Shown here: in pieces, positions 9,601 to 20,033 of the stretch
Position numbering within the stretch: position 1 is the stretch's first letter
Layout: the number at the start of each line of letters is the position of its first letter
NCBI GenBank assembly: GCA_964534275.1
Contig: CAZHQG010000010.1
Location: forward strand, 6,744-70,743
DNA from: an uncultured Candidatus Binatia bacterium
GTDB taxonomy: Bacteria > Desulfobacterota > Binatia > HRBIN30
Reading direction: 5' to 3'
Length of the DNA: 64,000 bases
Translations under genes and position numbers: made by a program
Notes under the pieces: generated by a model
Database searches by the model: none
Told to the model about the DNA's origin: nothing
What the model saw: only the letters and a program-made list of their open reading frames with translations

Positions 9601-10443
9601 TCAACGCTGGTGCAGCCCCCAAGCGTACACTTCACGGCGTGAAAGCCCGTACTCGCGGGCAATGAGTTTTGCAGCGTCGCGAAGCGACACCCCGCTCGCG
9701 AGCAGCTCAGTCAGTTTCTCCTGCCACGGTCGTGCGGGGGTTGCTTGGGCAGGAGGCTCCGGGCAGCCTTCAGCCACGAGCGTTACCTCGCCACGCACAG
9801 GGGCTGGGCGGCGGCTCAGTTCGGCAAGCAGTTCCGCTGGCGTTCCGCGCAAAAACTCTTCGTAAAGCTTGGTCAGCTCGCGCGCGACCACTACGGTCCG
9901 CGCCCCCCAAACAGCTTCCATGTCCTGCAAGCATGCCGGCAGCCGCCGTGCCGTTTCGAACATCACGAGCGTGCGAGTCTCTCGAGCAAGTTCCTGCAGC
10001 CGAGCACGGCGCGCACTCGCCCGCGCAGGCAAAAAGCCCTCGAAGACGAAGCGTTGCGCTGGCAGACCGGCAGCAGAGAGCGCTGCCACGATGGCCGAAG
10101 GTCCCGGCACCGGGACAACCCGGATGCCAGCCGCGAGTGCACTCCGCACCAAATGGAAACCTGGATCGCTCAGCACCGGCGTGCCCGCATCGGAGACGAG
10201 GGCGCCATTCTCTCCCTGCAACAAATGTTCGACCAGCCGAGGCGCCTGTTTTCGCTCGATCCAATCGTAATACGGCGTCAATCGCGTGGTGATTCCGTAG
10301 TGCCGGAGAAGTTTTGCGGTCTCGCGCGTATCCTCGGCGGCAATCCAGTGAACCTCCTTCAGCACGCGGAGTGCCCGAAGCGTAATGTCCTCGAGGTTCC
10401 CGAGTGGGGTCGCGACCACATACAACACGCCCGGGTGCGGCAT
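9601..10443 (-). CDS. rsmI: 16S rRNA (cytidine1402-2'-O)-methyltransferase RsmI.
   Basis: MPHPGVLYVVATPLGNLEDITLRALRVLKEVHWIAAEDTRETAKLL... is the typical RsmI (tetrapyrrole methylase-fold) N-terminus. Length is 280 aa. Confidence 0.85.
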   Translation of the reverse strand: MPHPGVLYVVATPLGNLEDITLRALRVLKEVHWIAAEDTRETAKLLRHYGITTRLTPYYDWIERKQAPRLVEHLLQGENGALVSDAGTPVLSDPGFHLVRSALAAGIRVVPVPGPSAIVAALSAAGLPAQRFVFEGFLPARASARRARLQELARETRTLVMFETARRLPACLQDMEAVWGARTVVVARELTKLYEEFLRGTPAELLAELSRRPAPVRGEVTLVAEGCPEPPAQATPARPWQEKLTELLASGVSLRDAAKLIAREYGLSRREVYAWGLHQR

Positions 10444-10462
10444 GGCACTGCGAGCAGCCCGC

Positions 10463-11407
10463 TCACCGCCCCCAGTCGCGGGCGTAGCGGAAATCCCTGT
10501 CGATGGTGCGCTGAGACACTTTGGCGATAATGGGCAAGCGCCGTTTGAATTGAGAGTTGCGCACCATCTCGCTCACTCTGCGAACGAACGCCTCGGGAAA
10601 GCCTGCCGCCAGTAGCTCGGCGCGCGAGTAACGTAAATCGACCATGCAGTACAGGAGCTGGTCGACCTCCCGGTAGCCAAACCCTAACTCGGCCTCGTCG
10701 GTTTGTCCGGCCCACAAATCGGCCGTTGGCTGCTTGTGAACGATCTCGGGTGGAACACCCACGTGCGCCGCCAATGCCCACACCTGGGTCTTGTACAAAT
10801 CCCCAAGCGGATTCACCGCCGACGCCATGTCGCCGTGCAGTGTACCGTAACCCAGCAACAACTCTGTCTTGTTGCTCGTTCCCAACACGAGGGCCTGCCA
10901 GCGAGCCGAGTGGTCGTACAGAATGCTCATTCGCTCGCGAGCCATTTTGTTGCCCTGCCGAACGCGGTCGGCATCGGGAAAGCGCGCGAAATACGCGTCG
11001 ATTTGCGGCGTGATCTCTATCTCGAGAGAAGCGACGCCAGCTTTGGCAATCACCAGATCCGCGTGAGCCCGACTCTCAGGGCTCGAAGTCCGATACGGCA
11101 TTTTGATCGCCAACACGTTGTTGGGCCCGAGCGCCTCGGCTGCAAGCATGCAACTCAAAGCTGAGTCGACCCCGCCAGACAGCCCTACGACCACACGCTC
11201 CACGCCGACCTTGCGCACCTCGTTGGCGATGAATGCTGTCAGGATCCGCCGCAGCAACGGCGGATTCGTGGGGATGGGCGGACAACGCCAACGGCGGCTC
11301 GGTCCGAAGCTTTCCGGCGAAGACGGCTCCGGCACTTGCGCGCTAGCGTCGGGAGAGGGTGTTGGATTCTGGCTGGGCATCCTGCACCTCGGACTTTTCA
11401 GCTCCAA
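10463..11407 (-). CDS. nadE: NAD+ synthetase (NadE, synthetase domain). Start uncertain.
   Basis: Contains the [12 protein letters not shown]-loop and extensive NadE similarity. The ORF N-terminus is low complexity and overlaps the upstream CN-hydrolase gene in another frame. No convincing ATG is seen near the domain start (around 11262). Confidence 0.7.
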   Translation of the reverse strand: MELKSPRCRMPSQNPTPSPDASAQVPEPSSPESFGPSRRWRCPPIPTNPPLLRRILTAFIANEVRKVGVERVVVGLSGGVDSALSCMLAAEALGPNNVLAIKMPYRTSSPESRAHADLVIAKAGVASLEIEITPQIDAYFARFPDADRVRQGNKMARERMSILYDHSARWQALVLGTSNKTELLLGYGTLHGDMASAVNPLGDLYKTQVWALAAHVGVPPEIVHKQPTADLWAGQTDEAELGFGYREVDQLLYCMVDLRYSRAELLAAGFPEAFVRRVSEMVRNSQFKRRLPIIAKVSQRTIDRDFRYARDWGR

Positions 11408-12269
11408 GGACGCCGCCGCTGTCGCGAATGCGCAGCAGCTCTCGAAGCGTCAAATCCAAATTTTCGTCGCGCAGCAACGGTGCGGCCACGCGCTGTCGTC
11501 GGGGCTCTTTCAGCGAGACCTCCGCAACGATCAAGTCCTCTTCGTAGTATTTCGCTTTCGCCAGACGCTGGCCGGCTGGCGACACGATTTCCGAACCACC
11601 CCAGAAGCCAACTCCATCTTCAAAGCCTACTCGGTTGGCATACACGACAAACAGGCCGAACGTCTGCGCATACATGGCGTTCAGCAGTTCCCAATAGGCC
11701 GCGTTGTCGTCGTGGTCGCGCCCATCGGAAATTCCGCGCAAGGGGCTGCTCGACGGGCAAATCACCGCTAGCGCACCGTCCAAGGCAGCAATGTACACGG
11801 TGGACGGATGCCAGAGGTCTTCGCAAATCAAGAGGGCCGCCCGCCCAAGGCCCGAAGCGTAACAACGGATGCGGTCGCCGCGGGCTAAGTAGCGGGCCTC
11901 GTCGAACAACCCATAGGTTGGCAGATACACTTTGCGGTGCACGTGGGCCAACTGGCCATCGCGGAACACAAAGGCGCTGTTGAAAAAACGGTAATCTTCA
12001 CTTTCCTCCACACAGCCCACGATCAGCTCGAGCCCGCGACTCCACTCTGCAAGGCGGGCCACTTCCGGGCTGTCGTGACGTAAGGCCACCGTGGACACCA
12101 TGTCTTTCAGAAAGTAACCGGTCAGCGACAGCTCAGGAAACACAACCAATTCCGCACCGGCAGCGCGAGCTTTCGCGAGCCACTCTTCGTGGATCGCAAG
12201 ATTGTAGCTCACATCACCCAAACGCGGGGCGATTTGCGCAATGGCAACACGGCGAAACAAGTCGGCCAT
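11343..12269 (-). CDS. Carbon-nitrogen hydrolase (nitrilase superfamily), the glutaminase-type partner of NAD synthetase.
   Basis: [31 protein letters not shown]...[15 protein letters not shown] has the nitrilase-family catalytic Glu motif. It lies immediately upstream of nadE on the same strand. Start refined within ORF 11343..12392. Confidence 0.75.
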   Translation of the reverse strand: MADLFRRVAIAQIAPRLGDVSYNLAIHEEWLAKARAAGAELVVFPELSLTGYFLKDMVSTVALRHDSPEVARLAEWSRGLELIVGCVEESEDYRFFNSAFVFRDGQLAHVHRKVYLPTYGLFDEARYLARGDRIRCYASGLGRAALLICEDLWHPSTVYIAALDGALAVICPSSSPLRGISDGRDHDDNAAYWELLNAMYAQTFGLFVVYANRVGFEDGVGFWGGSEIVSPAGQRLAKAKYYEEDLIVAEVSLKEPRRQRVAAPLLRDENLDLTLRELLRIRDSGGVLGAEKSEVQDAQPESNTLSRR

Positions 12270-12776
12270 GGCTCGAGTATCGACACGTCCGCCAAAAAAC
12301 ACAATGGCACCGCAGCGCGAGACTGCCCCCCACGATTGCCCCAGACCACAGGCGGCACACTGCAGCGATCTTGCTTCGCCGGCCGTGAACATGGACTTGC
12401 CAAGTCTCGGCGCATGTCGTCGGTGGGCACCGAGCAGCGGAATCCATTAGGCAGGCGCAATTTGGTTGCGAAACGCGCTAATGGGTGATAGGGGCAGCAA
12501 CGGCGATGCACGAGTTGCGGACGAGATGGTGGTGGTTGGTGCAACATCGCGCCCTAGCTGTTTTTGTTCTTCCTCCACACGGCTTCAACGATGCACGCGC
12601 GCTTTGGAAGCGCGCCGATGTGCTCCAGGAATTCGTCATTGGCACACCTGGGGTTGACCTGTATACTTGTAGGCACGTTTGCAAGTGCGGTGTAGCGAGT
12701 GGAGCGATGACGTAGCGGGACGAACAACGAAAACGGCGTGGGGCATCACCGGCGGCAGACGCCAAGGAGCTCAAAG

Positions 12777-14720
12777 GTTATGGTGGACATCGACAAGGCT
12801 CAGTTTCAACGGCTGATCGAAGAAGATCGGGCCGCCCGGGGTGCGAGAGAGTGGCGGGGAACTTTTCTCGATTACCTCGAGCGGGTCAAACAAGATCCGT
12901 CGATCCCCAAGCTTGCCCATGCCCGGATCTACGACATGATCCTGCAAGCCGGCGTGCGGGATGTGCTCGACACCGACGACCCCCGCACGAAGCGGCTATT
13001 CAAAGACGAGCCGCTCAAAATTTACAACTTCTTCGCGGATTCGTTCTTTGGCATCGAGCGCGTGATCGCGCAAATTGTGCGGTACTTCCACGCGGCTGCC
13101 CTCAAGGGCGAGGAAAGCCGGCAGGTCTTGTACCTGATGGGGCCGGTCGGTTCAGGAAAGAGTTCGCTGGTCGAGCACATCCAACGGGGTCTCGAACAAA
13201 GCCCCCCGTTTTATGCGATCGAGGGCTGCCCCATGTTCGAGGAACCGTTGCACTTACTCCCTCGCCACTTGCGGCGCGAGTTCGAAAAAATGCTTGGGGT
13301 GCACATCGAAGGCGACCTCTGCCCGGTGTGTCGTTTTCGCCTGAAAGAGGAGTACCGCGGAAAGTACGAGGAAGTTCCGGTCGTGTTGCGGTCGTTCTCC
13401 AAGCGTAACCGGGTTGGCATCGGAGTGGTGCCGCCGGTGGACCCGAACAACCAAGACACCTCGGTGCTCATCGGGTCGGAAGACATCTCCAAGCTCGACC
13501 TATACTCCGAAGGGGATCCGCGGGTGTTGGATCTCAACGGGGCGCTGAACGTCGGCAACCGCGGCATCGTCGAGTTCATCGAGGTCTTCAAAAACGAAAC
13601 GGAATACCTGCATGCAATGATCACCGCCACGCAAGAGAAGGTGATTCCCGCGCCGGGACGCCACGGAATGGTGTACGTAGACGAGGTGATCATCGCGCAT
13701 TCCAACGAGGCGGAGTGGCAAAAGTTCAAGTCTGACCACACCAACGAGGCCATCCTCGACCGCATCGTGGTGGTCAAGGTTCCCTACAACCTGCGGCTCT
13801 CGGAAGAAGTGAAAATCTACGAAAAAATCCTGCGCAACTCGGACTTCCGTGCCCACATCGCCCCGCACACGTTGGAGATCGCCTCGATGTTCGCAATTCT
13901 GACGCGGCTCGAACCGACGAGCAAATGCGACCTGATGACCAAGCTCAAGCTCTACAACGGGGAAGAGGTGATCGAAAAAGGCCGGACAAAGAAAATCGAT
14001 GTGCGAGAGTTGCGCGAGGACGCAAAGCGGGAAGGCATGTTCGGCATCTCCACGCGCTTCATCATGAAGGCGTTGGACAACGCTTTGTCGGACAATATCG
14101 AAGGCAACTGCATCAACCCGATCAGCGTCCGCGAGGCTTTGATCCAAATGACGAAAGAAGCCGACCTGCCCGACGATACCCGCAAGCAATACCTCGAGTT
14201 CTTGCAAGACACCCTGCACAAGGAATACCTGGACATCCTCGAACGCGAGATCACCAAGGCCTTCGTGTACTCTTACCAAGAGCAAGCCGAAGCATTGTTC
14301 CAAAACTACCTCGACCATGCGGAAGCATTCGTGAACCGCACGAAGGTACGCGACCGGAACACCAAGGAAGAACTTCAACCCGACGAGGCTTTCTTGAAAT
14401 CGATCGAGGAACAAATCGCCATCATCGGTTCTGCGGCCGAAGGCTTCCGGCAAGAAGTCATTGCGTACCTGTGGGCGGCAAGCCGCCGCGGGGAAAAGGT
14501 GACGTACCAGAGCTACGAGCCCCTGAAGGAGGCGATCGAGAAGAAACTGATGACCTCGGTGCGCGACATTAGCCGCATCATCACCAAGGCGCGCACGCGA
14601 GACGAAGAGCAAACGGAAAAGTACAATGCCATGGTGCGCAACCTGCTCACGCAAGGATATTGCCACAGTTGCGTGGACGTGGTGCTCAAATACGCCGCAA
14701 ACAACTTGTGGAAGGATTGA
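12777..14720 (+). CDS. prkA: PrkA family serine protein kinase (YeaG-like).
   Basis: Long colinear similarity to PrkA/YeaG, including the AAA-type GPVGSGKSSL Walker A motif. It is followed by yeaH-like and spoVR-like genes. Confidence 0.85.
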   Translation, partial: VMVDIDKAQFQRLIEEDRAARGAREWRGTFLDYLERVKQDPSIPKLAHARIYDMILQAGVRDVLDTDDPRTKRLFKDEPLKIYNFFADSFFGIERVIAQIVRYFHAAALKGEESRQVLYLMGPVGSGKSSLVEHIQRGLEQSPPFYAIEGCPMFEEPLHLLPRHLRREFEKMLGVHIEGDLCPVCRFRLKEEYRGKYEEVPVVLRSFSKRNRVGIGVVPPVDPNNQDTSVLIGSEDISKLDLYSEGDPRVLDLNGALNVGNRGIVEFIEVFKNETEYLHAMITATQEKVIPAPGRHGMVYVDEVIIAHSNEAEWQKFKSDHTNEAILDRIVVVKVPYNLRLSEEVKIYEKILRNSDFRAHIAPHTLEIASMFAILTRLEPTSKCDLMTKLKLYNGEEVIEKGRTKKIDVRELREDAKREGMFGISTRFIMKALDNALSDNIEGNCINPISVREALIQMTKEADLPDDTRKQYLEFLQDTLHKEYLDILEREITKAFVYSYQEQAEALFQNYLDHAEAFVNRTKVRDRNTKEELQPDEAFLKSIEEQIAIIGSAAEGFRQEVIAYLWAASRRGEKVTYQSYEPLKEAIEKKLMTSVRDISRIITKARTRDEEQTEKYNAMVRNLLTQGYCHSCVDVVLKYAANNLWKD

Positions 14721-14794
14721 ACCTGGCCATGAGCACGGTGTGGTAACTGCGCTGGCCTGGGCATCGTGGTCCTAGGCCAAGGAGCTGAAGACAC

Positions 14795-15976
14795 ATGCCC
14801 ATTCCCGAGTCGATTTTCAGGCCGTTCAATCCGTCCGATGCCGAGCGGAGCGACCGAGCCGCCGGGGATCGTCAGCGACACCGAGAAAAGGTACGCCAGT
14901 CGATCCGCGAAAACATCGCGGACATCATCGCCGAGGAGGCGATTATCGGCAAAGATGGCAGCCGGATCATCAAGGTGCCCATCCGAGGCATCAAAGAGTA
15001 CCGGTTTGTGTACGGCGAAAATACACCCGGAGTGGGACAGGGTGAAGGCGAGCTGGAGCCCGGGCAAGTCTTACGCAGCGGGGAAGGAGAGGGAGAAGGG
15101 CCAGCCGAGCGACCGGGGGATCGACCCGGCGTGGATTACTACGAAACCGACGTCACCCTGGATGAACTCGTCGAAATCATGTTCGAGGATCTCGAACTCC
15201 CGGACCTCGAGCGGCGCAAACTGCGAGAGCTACCAGCGCTGCGAATCCTCAAGCGCAAAGGGTACCGCAGTGCGGGCCTGCGGGTGCGCTTGGACAAGCG
15301 GCGCACGGTGAAGTCCAAGGTGCGCCGGCGTTTAGCGTCGCAGCGGCGGACCGAACTGGGCACGGGCGAACGGTTCCCGTTCCACGAAGACGATTTGACT
15401 TACCGCCACATGGTGCCGGACGTAAAAGAGGAATCCAACGCCGTGGTGCTGTGCATGATGGACACCTCTGGCTCCATGGACACGATGAAGAAATACCTCG
15501 CCCGCAGCTTCTTCTTTCTCCTCTTCCAGTTCGTCCGGGCCAAGTACCGGAACGTCGAACTCGTCTTTATTGCCCACCACACGGAAGCTCGGGAAGTTTC
15601 GGAAGAAGAATTTTTCCACAAAGGAGAATCCGGGGGCACGTTCATTTCTTCCGCGTACCAAAAGGCGTTGGAGATCATTCAGGAACGGTACCATCCTTCG
15701 CTTTGGAACATCTACGCGTTTCACTGTTCCGACGGCGATAATTTCGAGTCCGACAATCCCACGGCACTCAAGTTGGCCGAAGAACTTTGCCAAGTCGCCA
15801 ACCTGTTCGGATACGGAGAAATCAAGCCCCTCGGGTCGCGATATTACGAAAATTCCATGCTTCAACTGTTCCGCCGCATCGAGGCGGACAATTTCCATAC
15901 GGTTTTAATCGAGCGGAAAGAAGACGTGTGGCCGAGCTTTAAAGCATTTCTCGCCCGCGACCGCGTTCGGGAGTGA
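14795..15976 (+). CDS. YeaH/YhbH family protein (DUF444, vWA-like).
   Basis: ETDVTLDELVEIMFEDLELPDLERRKLRE and the C-terminal vWA-like region match UPF0229. It occupies the conserved position between prkA and spoVR. Confidence 0.8.
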   Translation: MPIPESIFRPFNPSDAERSDRAAGDRQRHREKVRQSIRENIADIIAEEAIIGKDGSRIIKVPIRGIKEYRFVYGENTPGVGQGEGELEPGQVLRSGEGEGEGPAERPGDRPGVDYYETDVTLDELVEIMFEDLELPDLERRKLRELPALRILKRKGYRSAGLRVRLDKRRTVKSKVRRRLASQRRTELGTGERFPFHEDDLTYRHMVPDVKEESNAVVLCMMDTSGSMDTMKKYLARSFFFLLFQFVRAKYRNVELVFIAHHTEAREVSEEEFFHKGESGGTFISSAYQKALEIIQERYHPSLWNIYAFHCSDGDNFESDNPTALKLAEELCQVANLFGYGEIKPLGSRYYENSMLQLFRRIEADNFHTVLIERKEDVWPSFKAFLARDRVRE

Positions 15977-15977
15977 C

Positions 15978-17411
15978 ATGCGTTCCTACGACCTTCACGA
16001 CCTGATCGAGTGGGACAAGCGCATCCGCGACAAAGTGGCTGCGTTCGGGCTCGACTGTTTCCCTCAGGAGTTCGAACTTTGCGACCACAATCAAATGCTG
16101 GGCTACATGGCGTACTCTGGAATGCCTTCCCACTACCCGCATTGGTCGTACGGCAAAGCGTACGAGAAACTGAAAACCCTGTACGATCACGGTGTTGCCG
16201 GGCTGCCTTACGAAATGGTGATCAATTCCAATCCTGCACTTGCCTATCTCATGCGCGACAACACGCTTGCCCTACAAATCCTGACCATCGCGCACGTGTA
16301 CGCGCACAACGACTTTTTCAAAAACAACTTCACGTTCCAAAGCACGCACCCGGAGTACGTCATTGGGACGATGAAAAGCCATGGTCAGCGGGTGCGCTCC
16401 TACATCGAGTCGCCCAGCATCGGGATCGATGAGGTCGAGCGGGTCCTCGACGCCGCTCATGCCCTTGCGCTGCAGTGCCGACGCAATCTCGCCGTACGCA
16501 AGCTCAGCGAGGAGGAACAACGGCAACGCAAGCTGGAAGCCGCCAACCCTCGGGAAGATCCGTTCGCCAAGGTGCACAAACGGCAGCCAATCTCCACCCC
16601 AGATCTACACAAGGTGCCGCTCGAACCCGAAGAAGACTTGTTGCTCTTCATCCGCGACCACAATCCGTACCTCGAAGAATGGCAGCGCGACCTGCTGACG
16701 ATCGTGCACGAGGAAGCACAGTACTTCATCCCGCAAATCGAAACGAAGATCATGAACGAGGGCTGGGCCACGTTCTGGCACAAGCGCATCCTCGAGAGTC
16801 TGGAGCTGCCCCAGGATTTGCACTTGGAGTTTCTCGTGCGTCACAACCAGGTGGTGCGCCCGATCCCAGGAGGGCTCAACCCTTACCACATCGGGTGGAA
16901 GATCTGGGAAGATCTTTACCGGCGCTACGAACACCCCGAGCCGGATGAAGAAGAAAGCTTGGAATCCGGGGTTCGTTCTGGCCTGGAAAAAATCTTCTCT
17001 GTGCGGGCAGCCGATCGCGACGCTTCGTTCCTGCGCCGCCACCTAACCGAGAAGCTCGTTCGCGAGTTGCGTTTGTTCGAGTACCGCGTTCGAGGAGGAG
17101 ATTGGGTAGTCACGGAAGTTGCCGATGACGAGGGGTGGCGGCAAATCAAGGAAACACTGATCCGCTCCGTGGGCATGAACAGCGTGCCGGTCATCAAGGT
17201 GGAGGATGCAGACTTCGGACACCAACGGACATTGCTGCTCGTGCACGAACACGATGGGCGCGACCTACACCTGGAATACGCAGAAAAAACTCTCGCCTAC
17301 GTTCACCAACTGTGGGGCCGGGACGTTGCCCTGCAAACGATCGTGAACGGGAAAAAAGTTCTCCTGCAGTACGGCGAACGTGGGTTCACCACGAGGCAAC
17401 TGACCCGTTAA
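15978..17411 (+). CDS. spoVR: SpoVR family protein (YcgB-like).
   Basis: MRSYDLHDLIEWDKRIRDKVAAFGLDCFPQEFELCDHNQMLGYMAYSGMPSHYPHWSYGK is the canonical SpoVR N-terminus. Confidence 0.85.
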   Translation: MRSYDLHDLIEWDKRIRDKVAAFGLDCFPQEFELCDHNQMLGYMAYSGMPSHYPHWSYGKAYEKLKTLYDHGVAGLPYEMVINSNPALAYLMRDNTLALQILTIAHVYAHNDFFKNNFTFQSTHPEYVIGTMKSHGQRVRSYIESPSIGIDEVERVLDAAHALALQCRRNLAVRKLSEEEQRQRKLEAANPREDPFAKVHKRQPISTPDLHKVPLEPEEDLLLFIRDHNPYLEEWQRDLLTIVHEEAQYFIPQIETKIMNEGWATFWHKRILESLELPQDLHLEFLVRHNQVVRPIPGGLNPYHIGWKIWEDLYRRYEHPEPDEEESLESGVRSGLEKIFSVRAADRDASFLRRHLTEKLVRELRLFEYRVRGGDWVVTEVADDEGWRQIKETLIRSVGMNSVPVIKVEDADFGHQRTLLLVHEHDGRDLHLEYAEKTLAYVHQLWGRDVALQTIVNGKKVLLQYGERGFTTRQLTR

Positions 17412-17508
17412 ATCGACCCCACCGAGACTCTTCGGTTCGGGGCCGGACTTCGCCTTGGCAGTGGCGCAGGCCGGCAGAGCGAGGCGGGACACACGTAGGG
17501 GCTAAGCC

Positions 17509-18507
17509 TTATGCCGCCATCGTCCGCAGCAGCTGTTCCGTGACTTCGTAGGGCACACCGGTCGGTAAGTTCATCAAAAAGGTGCCAACACCTTCTCTCT
17601 GCCATTCCCGCATTTGCTCGCGGCAGTACGCTGGTGGGCCGCAAATCGCGATGGCATCGATCAGATCGTCGCTCACCGCAGCAGTGGCTTCCTGGCGCTT
17701 ACCCTGGCTATAAAGGTCGCGAACATACGTGGCGTTCTCGGCAAAGCCAAACCGGCAAAACATTTCGTAATAGTACGTCCCCATGCCGCCAATGTAAAAT
17801 GCAACCGTCGGTTTCAGCATCGCCCGTGCTGCTGCTCGATCTTCGAGCGGAACAATACCCACAAACGGCGCCAGCTCGATGTTACCGGCATCGCGACCAG
17901 CCTCGCGCGCACCCGCAGCAATCCATTCGAGCCCCGTGCGGAAGTGGCGATACGGCCAAAACGTCGGCACCCAGCCATCAGCCAAGGCCCCAATTTGGCG
18001 AATCGCCTTTTCCTGCAAAGCAGCAATGTAAATGGGGATGTTGGATCGGACCGGGGTCATCTCCAGTTTGAAATGACGCACGGGGAAGAGAGTGCTGATT
18101 TCGGAGCTCAAACGCTCACCGCGCCACAATGTACGCAAGATCTGGATGGTTTCTTTCATGCGGGTCAGAGGCTTACGGTATTCTACGCCGTGGAGATTCT
18201 CGACGACCAGTTTCCCGCTAGTGCCCAACCCGAGAATCACCCGCCCCTCAGAGATCTCGTCCAGAGTGGCTGCACTCATGGCAATCAGCGCGGCAGAGCG
18301 ACTGAAGATATTCACGATGCCCGTGGCGACCTTGAGGTTCCGCGTGTGCAAGGCAATTTCTGCGAGCAACTGAAATTGCTCGTACGCCCACGCCTCCGGC
18401 ATCCAAATCGAGTGATAGCCTAAGTCGTCGGCCAACTGCGCGGCTCGCAGCACGAGCTTGCGGTCGTAGTTCTTCCAAAACGGGACAATCCCTATCCGAA
18501 ACTCCAT
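17509..18507 (-). CDS. LLM-class (luciferase-like) flavin/F420-dependent oxidoreductase.
   Basis: MEFRIGIVPFWKNY...GYHSIWMPEAWAYEQ...GRVILGLGTSG are bacterial luciferase family motifs. Confidence 0.7.
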   Translation of the reverse strand: MEFRIGIVPFWKNYDRKLVLRAAQLADDLGYHSIWMPEAWAYEQFQLLAEIALHTRNLKVATGIVNIFSRSAALIAMSAATLDEISEGRVILGLGTSGKLVVENLHGVEYRKPLTRMKETIQILRTLWRGERLSSEISTLFPVRHFKLEMTPVRSNIPIYIAALQEKAIRQIGALADGWVPTFWPYRHFRTGLEWIAAGAREAGRDAGNIELAPFVGIVPLEDRAAARAMLKPTVAFYIGGMGTYYYEMFCRFGFAENATYVRDLYSQGKRQEATAAVSDDLIDAIAICGPPAYCREQMREWQREGVGTFLMNLPTGVPYEVTEQLLRTMAA

Positions 18508-18541
18508 TCTGTGGCCTCCTTGAAAGCGTCTAAGCCTGTCG

Positions 18542-19720
18542 TCACCGCAAAAACAACGGATGTTCGATGTCGCCAGGCTGGCAATCAGCCGGAGCGCTTA
18601 CGGGGTTGCAGCGCGCCGGCATGCCTCCTGGGATCTTCGCGACGTAGCCGTGACCCCAGCGCGTGTCCGGAACTGGGTAATCGGTGCTCACCCACTGGGC
18701 ACCGCTTGCCAAGGCGTGATCGCGCCGCTCGGTGCTCCCACTACGCGCTTCCACAGTGTCGGCATCGGCCCGCGTTCGCACCACGAAGCCGCGCGCCACG
18801 GCGTCCCGAATCGTATCAAAGTCGGCAATGGAATCGTTGAGCTTCCAAAATGCGGCAACGTCTTCGTCCGGCCCAGCGCTGACAAACATCACCCGCCCAC
18901 GCAGCAATGGATGTTGCGCCAGATAAGCAGCCCGCACCGCACCTCCGTTATCCAGACAAAACATCACTTTCCCCCGGGTGTCCGCCAGGGTTGGCCAGCC
19001 GACGTTTTGCACTGCGTCGCGGAGCGTCGCTCGATCTCTTCGCACGTCGTCCGGCGTAATCAGCCGTTCTGAAGGAAACACGGAGCGAATCTCCTCATCC
19101 AGGGCGTCCAGCTCTGCTTCACCAATAGGAATCGGCACCGCCGACCCAGCCACGGGAATCCACTCGTCTTTTGCCTCGATCAGGATCATCAGAGGCATGT
19201 GGCGAGGATTGGCATCGGACCAACGTTTCACCTCGGTCAAGCACTGCACCAGCGTCCAGCAGGTACTTTCGAAATCGATGTCCTGCACATGCAACACCTT
19301 GAAGCCGGGCTGCTCCAACTCGGGGATGCCTGCGTCGGGGTTCTGCCGGATCAGAGCCAAGCCAGCACGGTGGGCGAACAAGCCGCCTTGCGGATCGGCG
19401 AACACATCGAGCTCGATTTGCCGTACGCCTTGCCGTTCAAACTGTTCGGCAAGCGGAACGTGGCTGTACTGGAATCCTTCCGCAAGCGAGCCAAGGCGGC
19501 GCAGCAAGTAGTCCATCAATTCCGGGCGCGGTTCGATGTGGTAGCTGTTGTGCGTACCGATCACTTGGAAGTGATTCAGCCTAAGTTCCCGGTCGCGCGG
19601 GTAAGCTGACCAGCTTCCTTCACCATCGTCTCCACAACCTGCCAGCACGCCGAGAAGGAGCAAGCCGAAAACAACGTAGGCACCACAAAGCCCCCGCCTT
19701 CCACATGAAGAAGACACCAT
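18542..19720 (-). CDS. Lipoprotein with a PI-PLC X-domain-like (PLC-like phosphodiesterase) fold.
   Basis: The LLLLGVLAGCGDDG lipobox is followed by HFQVIGTHNSYH, the characteristic PI-PLC catalytic His region. The ORF opens at 19924, but the start at 19720 is preferred. Confidence 0.55.
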   Translation of the reverse strand: MVSSSCGRRGLCGAYVVFGLLLLGVLAGCGDDGEGSWSAYPRDRELRLNHFQVIGTHNSYHIEPRPELMDYLLRRLGSLAEGFQYSHVPLAEQFERQGVRQIELDVFADPQGGLFAHRAGLALIRQNPDAGIPELEQPGFKVLHVQDIDFESTCWTLVQCLTEVKRWSDANPRHMPLMILIEAKDEWIPVAGSAVPIPIGEAELDALDEEIRSVFPSERLITPDDVRRDRATLRDAVQNVGWPTLADTRGKVMFCLDNGGAVRAAYLAQHPLLRGRVMFVSAGPDEDVAAFWKLNDSIADFDTIRDAVARGFVVRTRADADTVEARSGSTERRDHALASGAQWVSTDYPVPDTRWGHGYVAKIPGGMPARCNPVSAPADCQPGDIEHPLFLR

Positions 19721-20033
19721 GCCCTTGCGAATTACCGCAAGGGCAAACTCCGACACAAGCACCCACCAAGCGAGCGTTCCAAGCGCCGCGCGACTTTCGG
19801 GCTGCGCCGAGCACTCCCCGCGTAGTGGCCCCGGCAACGGGAGCCGGGGCAGCGCGGGCAGCGGTAACGGGCCACCCGCCACCCGCGCCACACGACCTAC
19901 GGAGCATTTCAGGCCGGGGGGCAACGGCCAAGGAGGCGCTCCGCAGGCCGCCCTGCGGGACTACCCGCAGTCACCGGCACAACCGCTCTAGACGCTCGGA
20001 CTACAGTGCATATTCAGGCAGCAGCAAAACAGC

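Noticed and set aside
13500-14666. 388-aa minus-strand ORF
   Set aside because: Antisense to prkA, whose protein is strongly recognisable. The antisense product is low complexity.
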